Origin: Sedimentisphaerales bacterium
Lineage (GTDB): Bacteria > Planctomycetota > Phycisphaerae > Sedimentisphaerales > SM23-30
Assembly (NCBI GenBank): GCA_963666285.1
Contig: OY762711.1
Length of the DNA: 64,000 bases
Reading direction: 5' to 3' (one strand)
Within the stretch, counting starts at the first letter, position 1. Each line of letters starts with the position of its first letter. Both the position numbers and the translations under genes were made by a program. The notes beneath the pieces were generated by a model. It was not told the origin of the DNA and made no database searches. It was given only the letters and a program-made list of their open reading frames with translations. Positions 51,440 through 61,981 of the stretch are shown here, in pieces.

Positions 51440-53080
51440 CTATTTTATACTCCAGCCTGCCTTTGCCAGCTGCGGCATCTCCCAGCTCGCCCGGCATGAA
51501 TGACATCGCTCCTGGTCTGGCCGCCTCAGTTTACCGCAATTCGCACATGTTACCTGCACTATCTTTGGCCTCGCTATCATATATGCGACAAATGCCATCA
51601 CCCCAAACAGCAGGATGAAATACATCCAATACTGACGCTCACTTTTTGACAACCCGTATTTCTTTACATTGAACAGGTAAAATACAAACACTCCGCCTGT
51701 CAGGTAAACACATAACCCTATTTGGTTAATATATTCCAGTGGATTGCCATCCTTTATCATCGTCGAGTAATTCGCTATCGAACCCGGCATCAGAAACAGC
51801 GTCTGCCACTGTTTCATTGGTTCGGTCATATCTCTGGCAAAATACGACGCTGCTGCTATCGCCGGTCCCGGCATATTCTCTACCACCGTCCGGGCAAACC
51901 ACAATCCTTCATGGTTGTTGGCCAGATATTTTGAGTGGCTGTCTTTTCTTTCACTGGCAATTACTTTTCCTTCTTTATTATATACCGTTACCGAGACCTC
52001 ATTATCTTTCGAATACGATGCATAGAAATACCCGATCGGCTCGACATCAAGAAGTTTACTTTGTTCTTTGGCCAGCGAATCATATTTGTCCCTGCTGATT
52101 TTACTGAATATACGCAAATAATTGTCTTTGCCAGGTTTCGTTATCTCTTCAGCAGGCAGCTTACACAGCGGACTTATCTCTCGTGTATCTTCATCTACTA
52201 CATACACCTGTCCGGCATTATCGTAAATCTTCATTTTGCTATAATATTCAGACGCTCTATATAGGCAGTTTCTATTGCTCATATCAACCAGTATTTTTTT
52301 ACCATTAATTTCAATATTGCGGTACTCTTCATATTCTTTACTGGTAATCTCAGCTTCTGTTGCCTCTCTCATCGTCGGTATAAAATTAAAACCGTATTCC
52401 AGGCAGCTATTATTCAGTACACCTAAATCTATATCCGATTCATAAAGATATGTATTAGCAAAATCAATCATGTCAACTGTATCCGGCAGCTTAATCCCCG
52501 GCATATATTTGATATGAAACGGGCTCTCACCCGGCTCCTGACTTATTTCTCTAACCTTCAGTGAATATAATGTCCTCGCCTGCCTGTCAAATAGATCGTA
52601 GCATAAATATCCTTCCTTATCCCATCTTACCCGGCGGGCAATGTCTCTGCCGAATTTACCGACCTCATCTGGCCCGGATTTAGAAAAACCGTTCGCTCCC
52701 CAATAGCCATACAATTTAGCTCCATCTCTTACCTCATATACACCCGCATACTTCTCCGATGGTGTTACATTTACCATATATTGCCATACATCGGCCTTTA
52801 ACTCCTTAAGCAACGCACCTGTCCACGCCTGTTTTTTGTCCCGGACGTTGCCTGAATATCCCAGAAGGTCAAAATTGATGCTCAGCTGTGACTTTCGTCC
52901 CAACCCTTCCTTTTCATCCCATTCCGGCATAAGCCCCGAAGGTTCTATCTGGGTTCTAACCAGGCCGTACTCTGTCTCTGCGATATATTCATTTTGTAAA
53001 CTGTTCCTGACATAGCTCAACGCTATATTGCCAACCAGTATCGACAGAACACTTATTAATAATATTCTTATCTTATCCAT
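51440..53080 (-). CDS. membrane protein of GntR-ABC operon with C-terminal Zn-ribbon
   Basis: N- and C-terminal TM helices; CANC...CHSC. Confidence 0.75.
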   Translation of the reverse strand: MDKIRILLISVLSILVGNIALSYVRNSLQNEYIAETEYGLVRTQIEPSGLMPEWDEKEGLGRKSQLSINFDLLGYSGNVRDKKQAWTGALLKELKADVWQYMVNVTPSEKYAGVYEVRDGAKLYGYWGANGFSKSGPDEVGKFGRDIARRVRWDKEGYLCYDLFDRQARTLYSLKVREISQEPGESPFHIKYMPGIKLPDTVDMIDFANTYLYESDIDLGVLNNSCLEYGFNFIPTMREATEAEITSKEYEEYRNIEINGKKILVDMSNRNCLYRASEYYSKMKIYDNAGQVYVVDEDTREISPLCKLPAEEITKPGKDNYLRIFSKISRDKYDSLAKEQSKLLDVEPIGYFYASYSKDNEVSVTVYNKEGKVIASERKDSHSKYLANNHEGLWFARTVVENMPGPAIAAASYFARDMTEPMKQWQTLFLMPGSIANYSTMIKDGNPLEYINQIGLCVYLTGGVFVFYLFNVKKYGLSKSERQYWMYFILLFGVMAFVAYMIARPKIVQVTCANCGKLRRPDQERCHSCRASWEMPQLAKAGWSIK

Positions 53081-53150
53081 GTTAAACCTTATATTTCACA
53101 AACAGTTTAAGATTGTTTTCTTGAGCTCTTTGCTTTTAGTTTTTGACTTC

Positions 53151-53789
53151 TTAAAGCGGTCTATTATTAAACTTCTCATATCCGAGATACAATATCCCTG
53201 CCGCCCATACTGTCAGCAGCACACCTGCAAACATCCCCATCCCTTTCAGATAAACAACATATATTGGCAGCAGAAACAGACCTATACTGCCAATAAATGA
53301 TAATATCAATCGGAAATCTTTATACCCGCCCAGGTTTATCCCATGACCGTAGCTAACCAGCGCCCCAAGCAGGACAAAAACATACCACTTAAATACCAGC
53401 GAAGAATTGAGTACAATGTAATCTTCATAACCGGCCTCTCTGGTTTCTATTAATGTTAAAACTAAACATATCAAGCACAGCATCGCTATACTTCCGCCCC
53501 CGGCGATAATTCTCGCCAGGTACAGCTGCCGTCTTGTAACCGGCATCGACATCAGGAACGCTGAATATTTACAGTTCACATCATTTGACGACTGCACCAG
53601 CCCAAGGAATATCGCAAACGCCGGTAACGCTAAACCGATAGAGATATTTGTAAATAATATCCTGTCGAAATAATTCCTGAACAAACTTTCAAAATAGTAG
53701 TTATAGCCCAGCCAGCAGATCGCAACTGCTGCATAGACCGCTAACACTGCAAAACTGTCCTGTATCTCTTTTTTTATCAAAGTCAACAT
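53151..53789 (-). CDS. ABC-2-type permease
   Basis: MLTLIKKEI start; FLMSMPVTRRQLYLARI motif; ~6 TM. Confidence 0.8.
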   Translation of the reverse strand: MLTLIKKEIQDSFAVLAVYAAVAICWLGYNYYFESLFRNYFDRILFTNISIGLALPAFAIFLGLVQSSNDVNCKYSAFLMSMPVTRRQLYLARIIAGGGSIAMLCLICLVLTLIETREAGYEDYIVLNSSLVFKWYVFVLLGALVSYGHGINLGGYKDFRLILSFIGSIGLFLLPIYVVYLKGMGMFAGVLLTVWAAGILYLGYEKFNNRPL

Positions 53790-54039
53790 ATTCTTTTCTT
53801 TCGTTGTATTAATCAAGGTCACGCTAGTAGTTAAATTAGTTGTGAGTAATGGTAGCCATCTCAAGAATTATGTAGGTATTTATTATTCAAAGTTTATACG
53901 TTCAGTATGAACGGTTATTAATATTTCCATTTTCTATTAGTCGCCAAGCATCGCCGCAGGCGATTTAAAACACGGTCGCGTTAGCGACACCTTAACTCAT
54001 CACTCTTCGTTCTTCACTATTCACTTGAAATTACTGCCG

Positions 54040-54918
54040 TTAGGCAGTAATTTCAACAAACATATCTTCCAGGCTCAGTGGTATATCCACGCACTCTTTC
54101 GGCTTACACGTCTCCAGGTACGCCTGCTTCTGCTCGTTCCAGTCTGCAACTGTTATCACCATCTCACGCCCGCTGTCCTTTCGGCTGATAACCCCCGATA
54201 TATACAGCTCCTCCGGGACCGTCTCATCAAAGATCACACGCATCTTACGCACCCGCGTCTTCAGCTCTTCCATCGTACAGTCCACTATCAGCTGACCATG
54301 TATTATCATACCTATCCGGTCGGCGATCCGTTCAACATCGCCCAGGATATGCGAGCTGAACAATATCGTCCGCTCGCCGTCCCGCTGTATAAGGTCAATC
54401 GCCATCTCCAGGAACTGACGACGCGTTGTCGTATCAAGCCCCAGCGTCGGGTCATCCATTATCAGCAGCTCCGGGTCAGTCACCATCGCCAGTATCAAAG
54501 ACAGCTGCGCCCGCATCCCCATCGACATCTGCTTAACCTTCCTATCCAGCGGCAGCCGAAACTCGCTCATCAGGTCGTCAAATAGCTTCTCATCCCAGCG
54601 AAGCGCCAGCCCCCGGCATAAATCCACCAGTCGCCCAACCCGATACCGCTCGATAAGATGATGACCCTCGGCAACATAACCCATCCGCCCACGTACCTCC
54701 GCCGGCATATCCATCGAGTCATGACCAAACATCTTCGTCACCCCGCGCGTCGGCGGCTCCAGCCCCAGCAGTATCCGTATCAGCGTCGTCTTACCGATCC
54801 CGTTCCGGCCCAGCAGCCCGTAGATACACCCCTTCGGTATCGAAAGGGTAATATCATCCAGGATCTTCCGCCCGTCATAATACTTCGTTAACCCGTCAAT
54901 TGTTATCGCATTTTCCAT
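54040..54918 (-). CDS. ABC transporter ATP-binding protein (YtrB-like)
   Basis: GRNGIGKT Walker A, MSMGM signature, LIMDDP, SSHIL. Confidence 0.93.
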   Translation of the reverse strand: MENAITIDGLTKYYDGRKILDDITLSIPKGCIYGLLGRNGIGKTTLIRILLGLEPPTRGVTKMFGHDSMDMPAEVRGRMGYVAEGHHLIERYRVGRLVDLCRGLALRWDEKLFDDLMSEFRLPLDRKVKQMSMGMRAQLSLILAMVTDPELLIMDDPTLGLDTTTRRQFLEMAIDLIQRDGERTILFSSHILGDVERIADRIGMIIHGQLIVDCTMEELKTRVRKMRVIFDETVPEELYISGVISRKDSGREMVITVADWNEQKQAYLETCKPKECVDIPLSLEDMFVEITA

Positions 54919-55009
54919 AATAAATTTAGTCTCGGCGTAGCCGTAACATTCCCTAATACCTAAAAACTAATACCTAATACCTCTCAAACTGACAATCGGT
55001 CAGTTTGAG

Positions 55010-55390
55010 TTATTTATAGTATTTCTCCACCAGCTCGCCAAACCACTTGGCCAGCTCTTTCTCAGTCACCCGCGTATGCACCGCGTCAACCACCGCCAGC
55101 TCCATCTGTCCGCACACCAGCGACTTCCTCGCGGCATCATTCAGCGTATTCTGAATCTCGGCAACAAACGTGCCCGAACCCGCCCGCGTCGTTATCACGC
55201 CTTCCTGCTCAAGCTGCCGGTACGCCTTCGCGATCGTATTCGGGTTGATCACTATCTCAGCCGCTAACTGCCTAACTGGCGGTATCTTATCACCAGCCCG
55301 CAGCCGACCCAGCGCCGCATCACGCTTAACCTGGTCAACTATCTGCTGATACACAGGCCGGTCTGATAAATTGTCAATCTTTATATGCAT
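55010..55390 (-). CDS. GntR-family regulator (YtrA subfamily)
   Basis: PVYQQI, PPVRQLA...INPNTIAKAY..LE..G, G.GTFV; short C-terminus; heads an ABC operon. Confidence 0.92.
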   Translation of the reverse strand: MHIKIDNLSDRPVYQQIVDQVKRDAALGRLRAGDKIPPVRQLAAEIVINPNTIAKAYRQLEQEGVITTRAGSGTFVAEIQNTLNDAARKSLVCGQMELAVVDAVHTRVTEKELAKWFGELVEKYYK

Positions 55391-55574
55391 AATTTAAGGT
55401 AACTTAGCCGTCCCCGTCAAAAATCTTGAGCTCGTCAAAGGGGCTGAGCAATAAAATAATAATCTCGCCAAAGGCACTTCGCTATGCGTCAGTTTTTAAA
55501 ACAAGGTTGCAACAGCGACACCATTTTACACTTTGCACTTTCTTAGGAGAGGCTTGCTCGCCCTGAATTAAAAC

Positions 55575-55624
55575 TGTACTACTTTAACTATTACAATTAT
55601 TACACACTTTCCCGCCCTTGTCAA
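55575..55624 (-). promoter_or_regulatory. promoter and YtrA-type operator of GntR-ABC operon
   Basis: Minus-strand TTGACA (55619-55624) followed by imperfect palindrome TGTAATAGTTAAAGTAGTACA (55575-55595). Confidence 0.65.
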
Positions 55625-55937
55625 ATAACAAAATTTAAAAAATCCCTGAGTATGTGTCCTCACTCAAAAGTCGAATTAGATGTGTACTATTTGAACGCAT
55701 AGGCATAAAACCCAATAAATTAAGGCTTATTGTAAGTTACTCAAACTAACCGATCAGAATCTACATACTACTGTAACATGTTTTTAGACAATACATTAAG
55801 CTCAAATTTAAATTAGCCTGCCGCCTGCCCTGAGTTCATCGAAGGGCCGCGGCTTTCCTCCCCTTATGCCTTATCCCTTATCTCTTATGCCTCTCAAACT
55901 AACCATCGTTCAGTGTGAGTAAGTTATTATACTATAA

Positions 55938-56751
55938 AGAGATAAATCATTCAAATTACCTTGGACAGCAACTTTCCTTTTCCTATTCTACTGCTCATCT
56001 GCCAATCGCTTTCCATTTTTTCTTTCTTTATCGGTGTGCATCGGTGCTCATCAGCGGTTCTCTTATAAGGCGTAACCGTTTAATACATTTTAAATTCATC
56101 CATCATCAATTTATCAACATTTCGAGAGAATCTAACATACGCGTCAGCTTTAAAATGAGTCGTCCCGATGTACATCGGGACACCTTAATTTTTCACTTTT
56201 AATTTTTCATTTTTAATTTAGCGAAGCTCGCCGCTCCTCTAAACTTTTCAGACTTCAGACAGATACTGCAATTTTGATATAAAATTTACTCACGCGTCAG
56301 CTTTAAAATGAGTCGTCCCGATGTATATCGGGACACCTCCTTTACTCTTTTTATTTTACACTTTACACTTCAGATGCCGCGGAGCGGCATCTGGTCTGCC
56401 CAGCAGTGAAAAACGGGCAGATTACCTCAGAACTGTTTTCTGTCGTTGTCTCTCCGTGGCCCGCCGCGCACCTTCCGTTGGTCGCCGCGCTATCGCCGCG
56501 TAGTCTCCGTAGGTATGCCGTAAGGTAAGAAGAGCTCTTCTCGCCGCCGCGCTAATCCGTTGGGCCTCCGTAAGCCGCCGTTGCCCGTCGCGCTGTCTCA
56601 ATAGCCCGCCGTCGATCGGCGTTCGCCGGAACGAGCCGCCGTTTCTCTTTGTACCGCCGCATGGTCGGCGATACCCGCCCGTCGGCCTCCGCGTGTTTGC
56701 CGTTATACCTCCGCACTGCCGCCGCTGCCTGCTGTGCTGAATTATCCCCGG
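55938..56751 (+). repeat. left arm of large imperfect inverted repeat (GC-rich core 56389-56751)
   Basis: Reverse complement colinear with 60328-61092. Confidence 0.9.
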
Positions 56752-57056
56752 TTTTCGCTGACATTTTGCAAATGAGAAAACATCAGGCATAGCATGCAAT
56801 ATGCATATAAAAAACGAGGCAAAATAACGGGCAAAATGAGGAAAAATTAATTTTATACCTCCAGGTTAAAATAAATTGTTTGATATTTGGATTAATAAAG
56901 AACTTAAATAATAGTAAAACGATATTTATATATGGCCGATAATGGCTATAATATGTGAAGAAATTGGACTTAGATGCTCACACATGCATCAAGCTGCTAA
57001 AAAATGCGGTTATTTTGTGCGTGTGGGTACAATTACGGAAGGCTAGAAAAAATATA

Positions 57057-57608
57057 ATGTTGAAATTGTCAGATAACCCGGCAATTATCTTTCCAGATGA
57101 TTGTCTTAACGGGGACGAAAATACCGGTCTATGGTGGGTAGCGCATACTAAAGCTCGTAACGAAAAGGCTTTAGCGTGGCAGCTGCTAAAAATGGAGATT
57201 ACTTATTTTCTGCCGCTGGTAGAAAAAACCAGCATCAAGGGCAAACGAAAATTCAAATCTCTGCTGCCGCTTTTCGGCGGCTACCTGTTCTTTTGCGGTG
57301 ACGATGAAGATCGATACAAAGCTCTTACTACCAATAGGATAGCAAATGTTATCCCGGTAGCAGATCAGGAAAGTTTCGTCAGCCAGCTTCGCGATGTCTA
57401 TACGGCATTAACCTGCGGTGCTGAAGTTGACCCGTTCCCGTCTGTTGTCGAAGGTAAGCGCTGCGTCGTTACCTCCGGACCGCTCAGAGGCGTTGAAGGT
57501 ATTGTGGAAAAGAAAGAATCGGTTACCAGGATCCTGCTAAAGGTCGATATTCTCGGCCAGTCAGCTGCGGTTACTATCGACCCGGCATTTTTGGAACCTG
57601 TCAGCTAA
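57057..57608 (+). CDS. NusG/RfaH/UpxY-family transcription antiterminator paralog
   Basis: WWVAHTKARNEK, PLFGGYLF NGN domain; V..GPLRGVEG KOW; likely ATG 57057. Confidence 0.88.
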   Translation: MLKLSDNPAIIFPDDCLNGDENTGLWWVAHTKARNEKALAWQLLKMEITYFLPLVEKTSIKGKRKFKSLLPLFGGYLFFCGDDEDRYKALTTNRIANVIPVADQESFVSQLRDVYTALTCGAEVDPFPSVVEGKRCVVTSGPLRGVEGIVEKKESVTRILLKVDILGQSAAVTIDPAFLEPVS

Positions 57609-57644
57609 CCTGCTTTTACAACCAGAGTTTTAAGGGATATCATT

Positions 57645-58331
57645 TTGCAGGATAATAACTTAGCAGAATCTTCCGACATATCGGAAACCGGCTCTGCACC
57701 GGCCATAGAGCATAAAATGCATGTGCCAAACTGGCATCTGCACCGCAGGCTGTACGATTGGGTTCTCCATTGGGCTGAGACACCTTATGGTGTCTGGGCG
57801 CTGGGCATATTATCCTTTGCCGAATCTTCGTTCTTCCCGGTACCGCCTGATGTACTGCTGGCACCACTAACCCTGGGCGCACCAAAGAAGTGGTTTAATT
57901 TCGCTTTTTTCTGCTCGGTTGCCAGTGTTATTGGCGGCATACTGGGCTTCGGCATAGGCATGTTCCTATGGGACCAGATCGGCGACTGGGTCTTTGCCCA
58001 TATGGAATGGGCCAAGATAACCCATGAAAATTTCGATACTTTCTCTGGCTGGTACGACCGATATGATTTCTGGATTGTATTTGCCTGCGGCTTTACCCCG
58101 CTGCCTTATAAGGTTTGCACTATAACTGCCGGAGTCGCCGGTATTAATTTTCCTATGTTCCTTATCGCCTCGACAATCAGCCGTTCGGCGAGGTTCTTTT
58201 TGGTATCCGGGCTGTTCGCCAAGTTTGGCCCTACCATAAAGCCGTTTATTGATAAGTATTTCAATTTACTGAGCCTGGCTTTCATAATTCTGCTGATCGG
58301 CGGCGTTTATGCCATTAAATTCTTCCATTAA
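57645..58331 (+). CDS. YqaA/DedA (VTT-domain) membrane protein
   Basis: SFAESSFFPVPPDVLL, GFTPLPYKV.TI.AG, SRSARFF. Confidence 0.9.
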   Translation: MQDNNLAESSDISETGSAPAIEHKMHVPNWHLHRRLYDWVLHWAETPYGVWALGILSFAESSFFPVPPDVLLAPLTLGAPKKWFNFAFFCSVASVIGGILGFGIGMFLWDQIGDWVFAHMEWAKITHENFDTFSGWYDRYDFWIVFACGFTPLPYKVCTITAGVAGINFPMFLIASTISRSARFFLVSGLFAKFGPTIKPFIDKYFNLLSLAFIILLIGGVYAIKFFH

Positions 58332-58523
58332 GATTATTGCCAATCATAAAATGTCAGCAGCCCAAAGGATATTTATATTTACTTTGGCTGTCAGCAGTTT
58401 CTTGCGGGATTTTTGTTAATAATCAGCTATAATACATCTGCACCTTTGATGATAAGCAGCGAAAAGGTATGCCATACGATTTTAAGCTATTGCATTTCAG
58501 TACCTTATAGGCAATAATAGTTC

Positions 58524-59747
58524 ATGGTTTTTTCTCACGGCAAGACAAAAGACATCTGGAAAGTTATGGTACGAAGGAGTCGCCTTCGGCCGATACTACT
58601 GAGCAGGCCTGTAGTAAAAACCGACCATCATTCAATTACCATGGTCCCTCACAATTCTATCAGGATTACCGGTTTATTACTCATAATTGCCGGCTGCATG
58701 CCTATTGTTATGCGAATTTTGTCAAAGACCGCTATGCCGGGCCTCGAAAACCATATTGTCTTTATGTTTGAAATATTAGGCTGCCTCAATATTTTGACCG
58801 GTTCATTCCTGGTATTGAGACGTGATGTAATCACCTGGCCCGGCTTTGGCAGCGGTATCTATATCAGGCAGGGTTTCTTCTTCTTTTCAACTTTATATTT
58901 CCTGGAACTGGATTCTCTGCACGCATCCCTGGTATTAAACAGCGGTCAGAAGGGTATTCGCTGGCTGCCGTCTCGCAGTAACTGCGTGCTGGTACTCGAA
59001 CATGCCGACAAACCCGGCCAGGTAGTAATAGCAGCCGGAAAAGTAAGAAAAGAGCTGCTGCAATCATTAAACTCAATTACCGCTATTATCCGCGGCTGCG
59101 GCATGAGCTCAGAAAATAAAGACCTTGACCATACCGTATCAGAGGTCCAGCTCAAAAAGTATAAGATCAAAATCCATAAAGAAGCAATTAACCGCAGCTC
59201 TATGGCACTCAGGAGTTTACAACTTGCCGAAGAAAAAGGTGTATTAATCCTGAAGCGCAGCGGTGTTGAAACTGCTCTTTGGATGGCCCTGGCGTTGATA
59301 GGACTTATTTTATTGCCTATGTCATGGTATCTGAGTTTTAGCCATGGCTATTACAGCCAGTACACCGAAATAGGCAACTTCCTGGTTATTTTCGGCTGCC
59401 TGCTCTTTGCCTTGATCGGCGGGCTGGGCATATACCCCGGTTATGACATCCAAAAGGTTAGATTTGAAACCGAACAAGAGCGAATTCTGATCGAATACGG
59501 GGTAATTGACATCAAGAACCCGCGTCCGAGAAACCTGGTAATTAAGTACAATTCACTTGCCGCTATACAGTTATGCCCGGTGTATCTGGACGAATTTTTC
59601 ACGGCATACGAGCTTAATCTTGTCCTGGTCAGTACCCAGGACCGTCGGGTAAACCTGACCGGATATAATAAGCTCCCGCTTGCCAGGGAAAACGCCAAGA
59701 GAATAGCGCAAGAGCTCGGGATAGAGCTGCTGGACTATACTTTATAA
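58524..59747 (+). CDS. hypothetical membrane protein (two similar TM-pair modules)
   Basis: 407 aa ORF; YELNLVL...RVNL...A..IA motif; start uncertain. Confidence 0.65.
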   Translation: MVFSHGKTKDIWKVMVRRSRLRPILLSRPVVKTDHHSITMVPHNSIRITGLLLIIAGCMPIVMRILSKTAMPGLENHIVFMFEILGCLNILTGSFLVLRRDVITWPGFGSGIYIRQGFFFFSTLYFLELDSLHASLVLNSGQKGIRWLPSRSNCVLVLEHADKPGQVVIAAGKVRKELLQSLNSITAIIRGCGMSSENKDLDHTVSEVQLKKYKIKIHKEAINRSSMALRSLQLAEEKGVLILKRSGVETALWMALALIGLILLPMSWYLSFSHGYYSQYTEIGNFLVIFGCLLFALIGGLGIYPGYDIQKVRFETEQERILIEYGVIDIKNPRPRNLVIKYNSLAAIQLCPVYLDEFFTAYELNLVLVSTQDRRVNLTGYNKLPLARENAKRIAQELGIELLDYTL

Positions 59748-59902
59748 TACTATTTGCCATAATAGTTTATAATGCTAACTCAGACGTCGTTTTTTTTCCG
59801 CAAACTTATCCCGGTTTACATCAAAAGATTCAGGAAAAAGGGTTGACAATATAAGAATTTATGATATTATGTCCCGTCTATTGTCTGTTTTGCACAGGCG
59901 AT

Positions 59903-59975
59903 GCCACTGTAGCTCAGTTGGTAGAGCGTTGGTTTTGTAAACCAATGGTCGAGAGTTCGAGTCTCTCCGGTGGCT
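59903..59975 (+). tRNA. tRNA-Thr (UGU)
   Basis: Acceptor GCCACTG/CGGTGGC; anticodon arm TTGGT-TTTGTAA-ACCAA; GTTCGAGTC T-loop; TTGACA at 59843 upstream. Confidence 0.95.
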
Positions 59976-59982
59976 TATACAT

Positions 59983-60018
59983 AAAACCCTGTTTTCTGAT
60001 AGAAAGCAGGGTTTTTTG
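59983..60018 (+). terminator. rho-independent terminator after tRNA-Thr
   Basis: AAAACCCTGTTTTCT-GAT-AGAAAGCAGGGTTTTTT. Confidence 0.8.
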
Positions 60019-60327
60019 TTGGTCAGGGCTTTATTATTCCAGTCATTTCATTATCAAGCATCAATATATGTTTACCAGAGAGTAAAAAAAACTATAATCA
60101 GCCAGTCAAAACCAGGCTTTAAATGCATCAATTTAATCCATTTTTATGCCTGTATATGCAATTAACATAGCCGGTAATATTAAAATACAATTCACATACC
60201 TATTGCGTGCCGACCTTATCCGTTACGCATAATTTCCAAACGATTATTTGTTATTTGGTAGTACCAGGTCGGTAATAATCCCAAATTTATCAATGCTGAA
60301 GTATAACTTTTTAAATGGTAACGGAAG

Positions 60328-61092
60328 CCGGGGATAATTCAGCGCGGCGGGCAGCGGCGGCTGTGCGGAGGTATAACGGCAAAAACGCGGAGGCCGACGG
60401 GCGGGTAACGCCGACCATGCGGCGGTAAAAAGAGAAACGGCGGCTCGTCCCGGCGAACGCCGACCGACAGGCGGTTATTGAGACAGCGCGACGGGTTACG
60501 GCGGCTTACGGAGGGGCAACGGATTAGCGCGGCGGTGAGAAGAGCTTTTCTGCTATAGCGGCGGGTATGCGGAGACTATGCGGCGATAGCGCGGCGGCCA
60601 ACGGAGGGTACGCGGCGGGCCACGGAGAGATAACGGCGTATATTTACCATGAGCCAATTCGGCCATTTTTCACTGCTGGGCTGACCAGATAATTGAGTGA
60701 AGAACGAAGAACGTATAGTGAAGAATTGAGGTGTTCGCCTAATGGCTCACAACTAATTTTAAAGCTGACGCGTGAGTAAAGTTTATATCAAAATTGCAGT
60801 ATCTGTCTGAAATCTGGAAATCTAAAAAATAAGAAGAGCGGCGAGCTTCGCTAAATTAAAAATGAAAAATTAAAAGTGAAAAATTCCGGTGTCCTGATGT
60901 ACGTTGACATCAGGAATAATTCGCATTTGCGGACAACTTGTTTTAAACGGCTAACGCCTTATAAGAGAACCGCTGATGAACACCGATGCACACCGATAAA
61001 GAAAGAAAAAATGGAAAGCGATTGGCAGATGAGCTGTAGAATATATAAACAGGAAAGTTGCAGGCCAGGTAATTTTGAAATGATTTATCTCT
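60328..61092 (-). repeat. right arm of large imperfect inverted repeat (GC-rich core 60328-60690)
   Basis: Reverse complement of 55938-56751 with substitutions and module swaps. Confidence 0.9.
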
Positions 61093-61550
61093 CGCAAAGA
61101 CCGCGAAGATCGCAAAGAGATTGAGCAGTGAACAGTGAAACTGTAAATATTGACTAATACTGTCTGGCAATAATCGGTTGTAATTTTTTGGTAATTGGAA
61201 TGTGTTTCTGGGAGTGGGTATTAATTTGAGTGTCAGGTTTTTATTATTGTATATTGCTGTTGCGGGAGGTATATTAGGATTGTCAAGGATGAAGAATCAA
61301 ATATGTTAGAAGCACATCTTGCCGCGGAGCGACGAGCTTTGCCAAGTGAAAAATGAATGATGAAAAGTGAAAAGTTTGAGATGTCCACATTTGCGGATGC
61401 CTTATTTAAAAACTGATGCATTGGAGGGTGGAGAATTTGTGTAAAAGATTCCAGGAAAAGGGATTTTTGTTTTTTTGATGGTATTGAATAAAGATTTGGT
61501 TATTTGCCAGCATTCTTAAAGACGTATCTGTATTTAGAAAGGAAGTTGAG

Positions 61551-61952
61551 ATGGGAAAGTCGGTAATATGGATATTGTTGTTATTATTTCTTTGCGGTTG
61601 CGATATCCGAACTTCAAATGGTTACATTGAAATCAGAGATGCGATAACACATAAGCCGTTCACTGATGGTTATATAAAGTATCAATCACCAGCAATTGGA
61701 ACATTTATTTCACATAAATCAAAAGCTGTTAACGGGCGTTACCATATCGGATTATACGGTCGGAGATATGTTGTTGCAAATTTGGAAATACCAAACTTAG
61801 ACATTGCACTAAGAGTATATGATTTGACCTTTGACGCCACTAGTGAATGGTCTAATATAAGTGATCGCAATTGGAATGTTGAGTTTCTTGAAAACAATCC
61901 GTTAGAGGTTAGATGCTTGAAAATGAATGGTGAAAAAATAGATATAGAGTAA
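61551..61952 (+). CDS. hypothetical lipoprotein
   Basis: Lipobox LCGC; AAAGGA RBS. Confidence 0.7.
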   Translation: MGKSVIWILLLLFLCGCDIRTSNGYIEIRDAITHKPFTDGYIKYQSPAIGTFISHKSKAVNGRYHIGLYGRRYVVANLEIPNLDIALRVYDLTFDATSEWSNISDRNWNVEFLENNPLEVRCLKMNGEKIDIE

Positions 61953-61981
61953 TTGAAAAATTTTGGATACATGAGGGATTT

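Noticed and set aside
56422..56799. ORFs 56422..56799 and 56552..56764 as genes
   Set aside because: They lie in the GC-rich repeat, have Arg/Ala-biased shadow composition, and the 70 aa frame is broken in the second copy
60876..61124. GxxExxY-type gene suggested by TADEHRCTPI and CGCAAAGACCGCGAAGATCGCAAAG repeats
   Set aside because: Only the short repeat motifs are present; no GxxExxY coding motif
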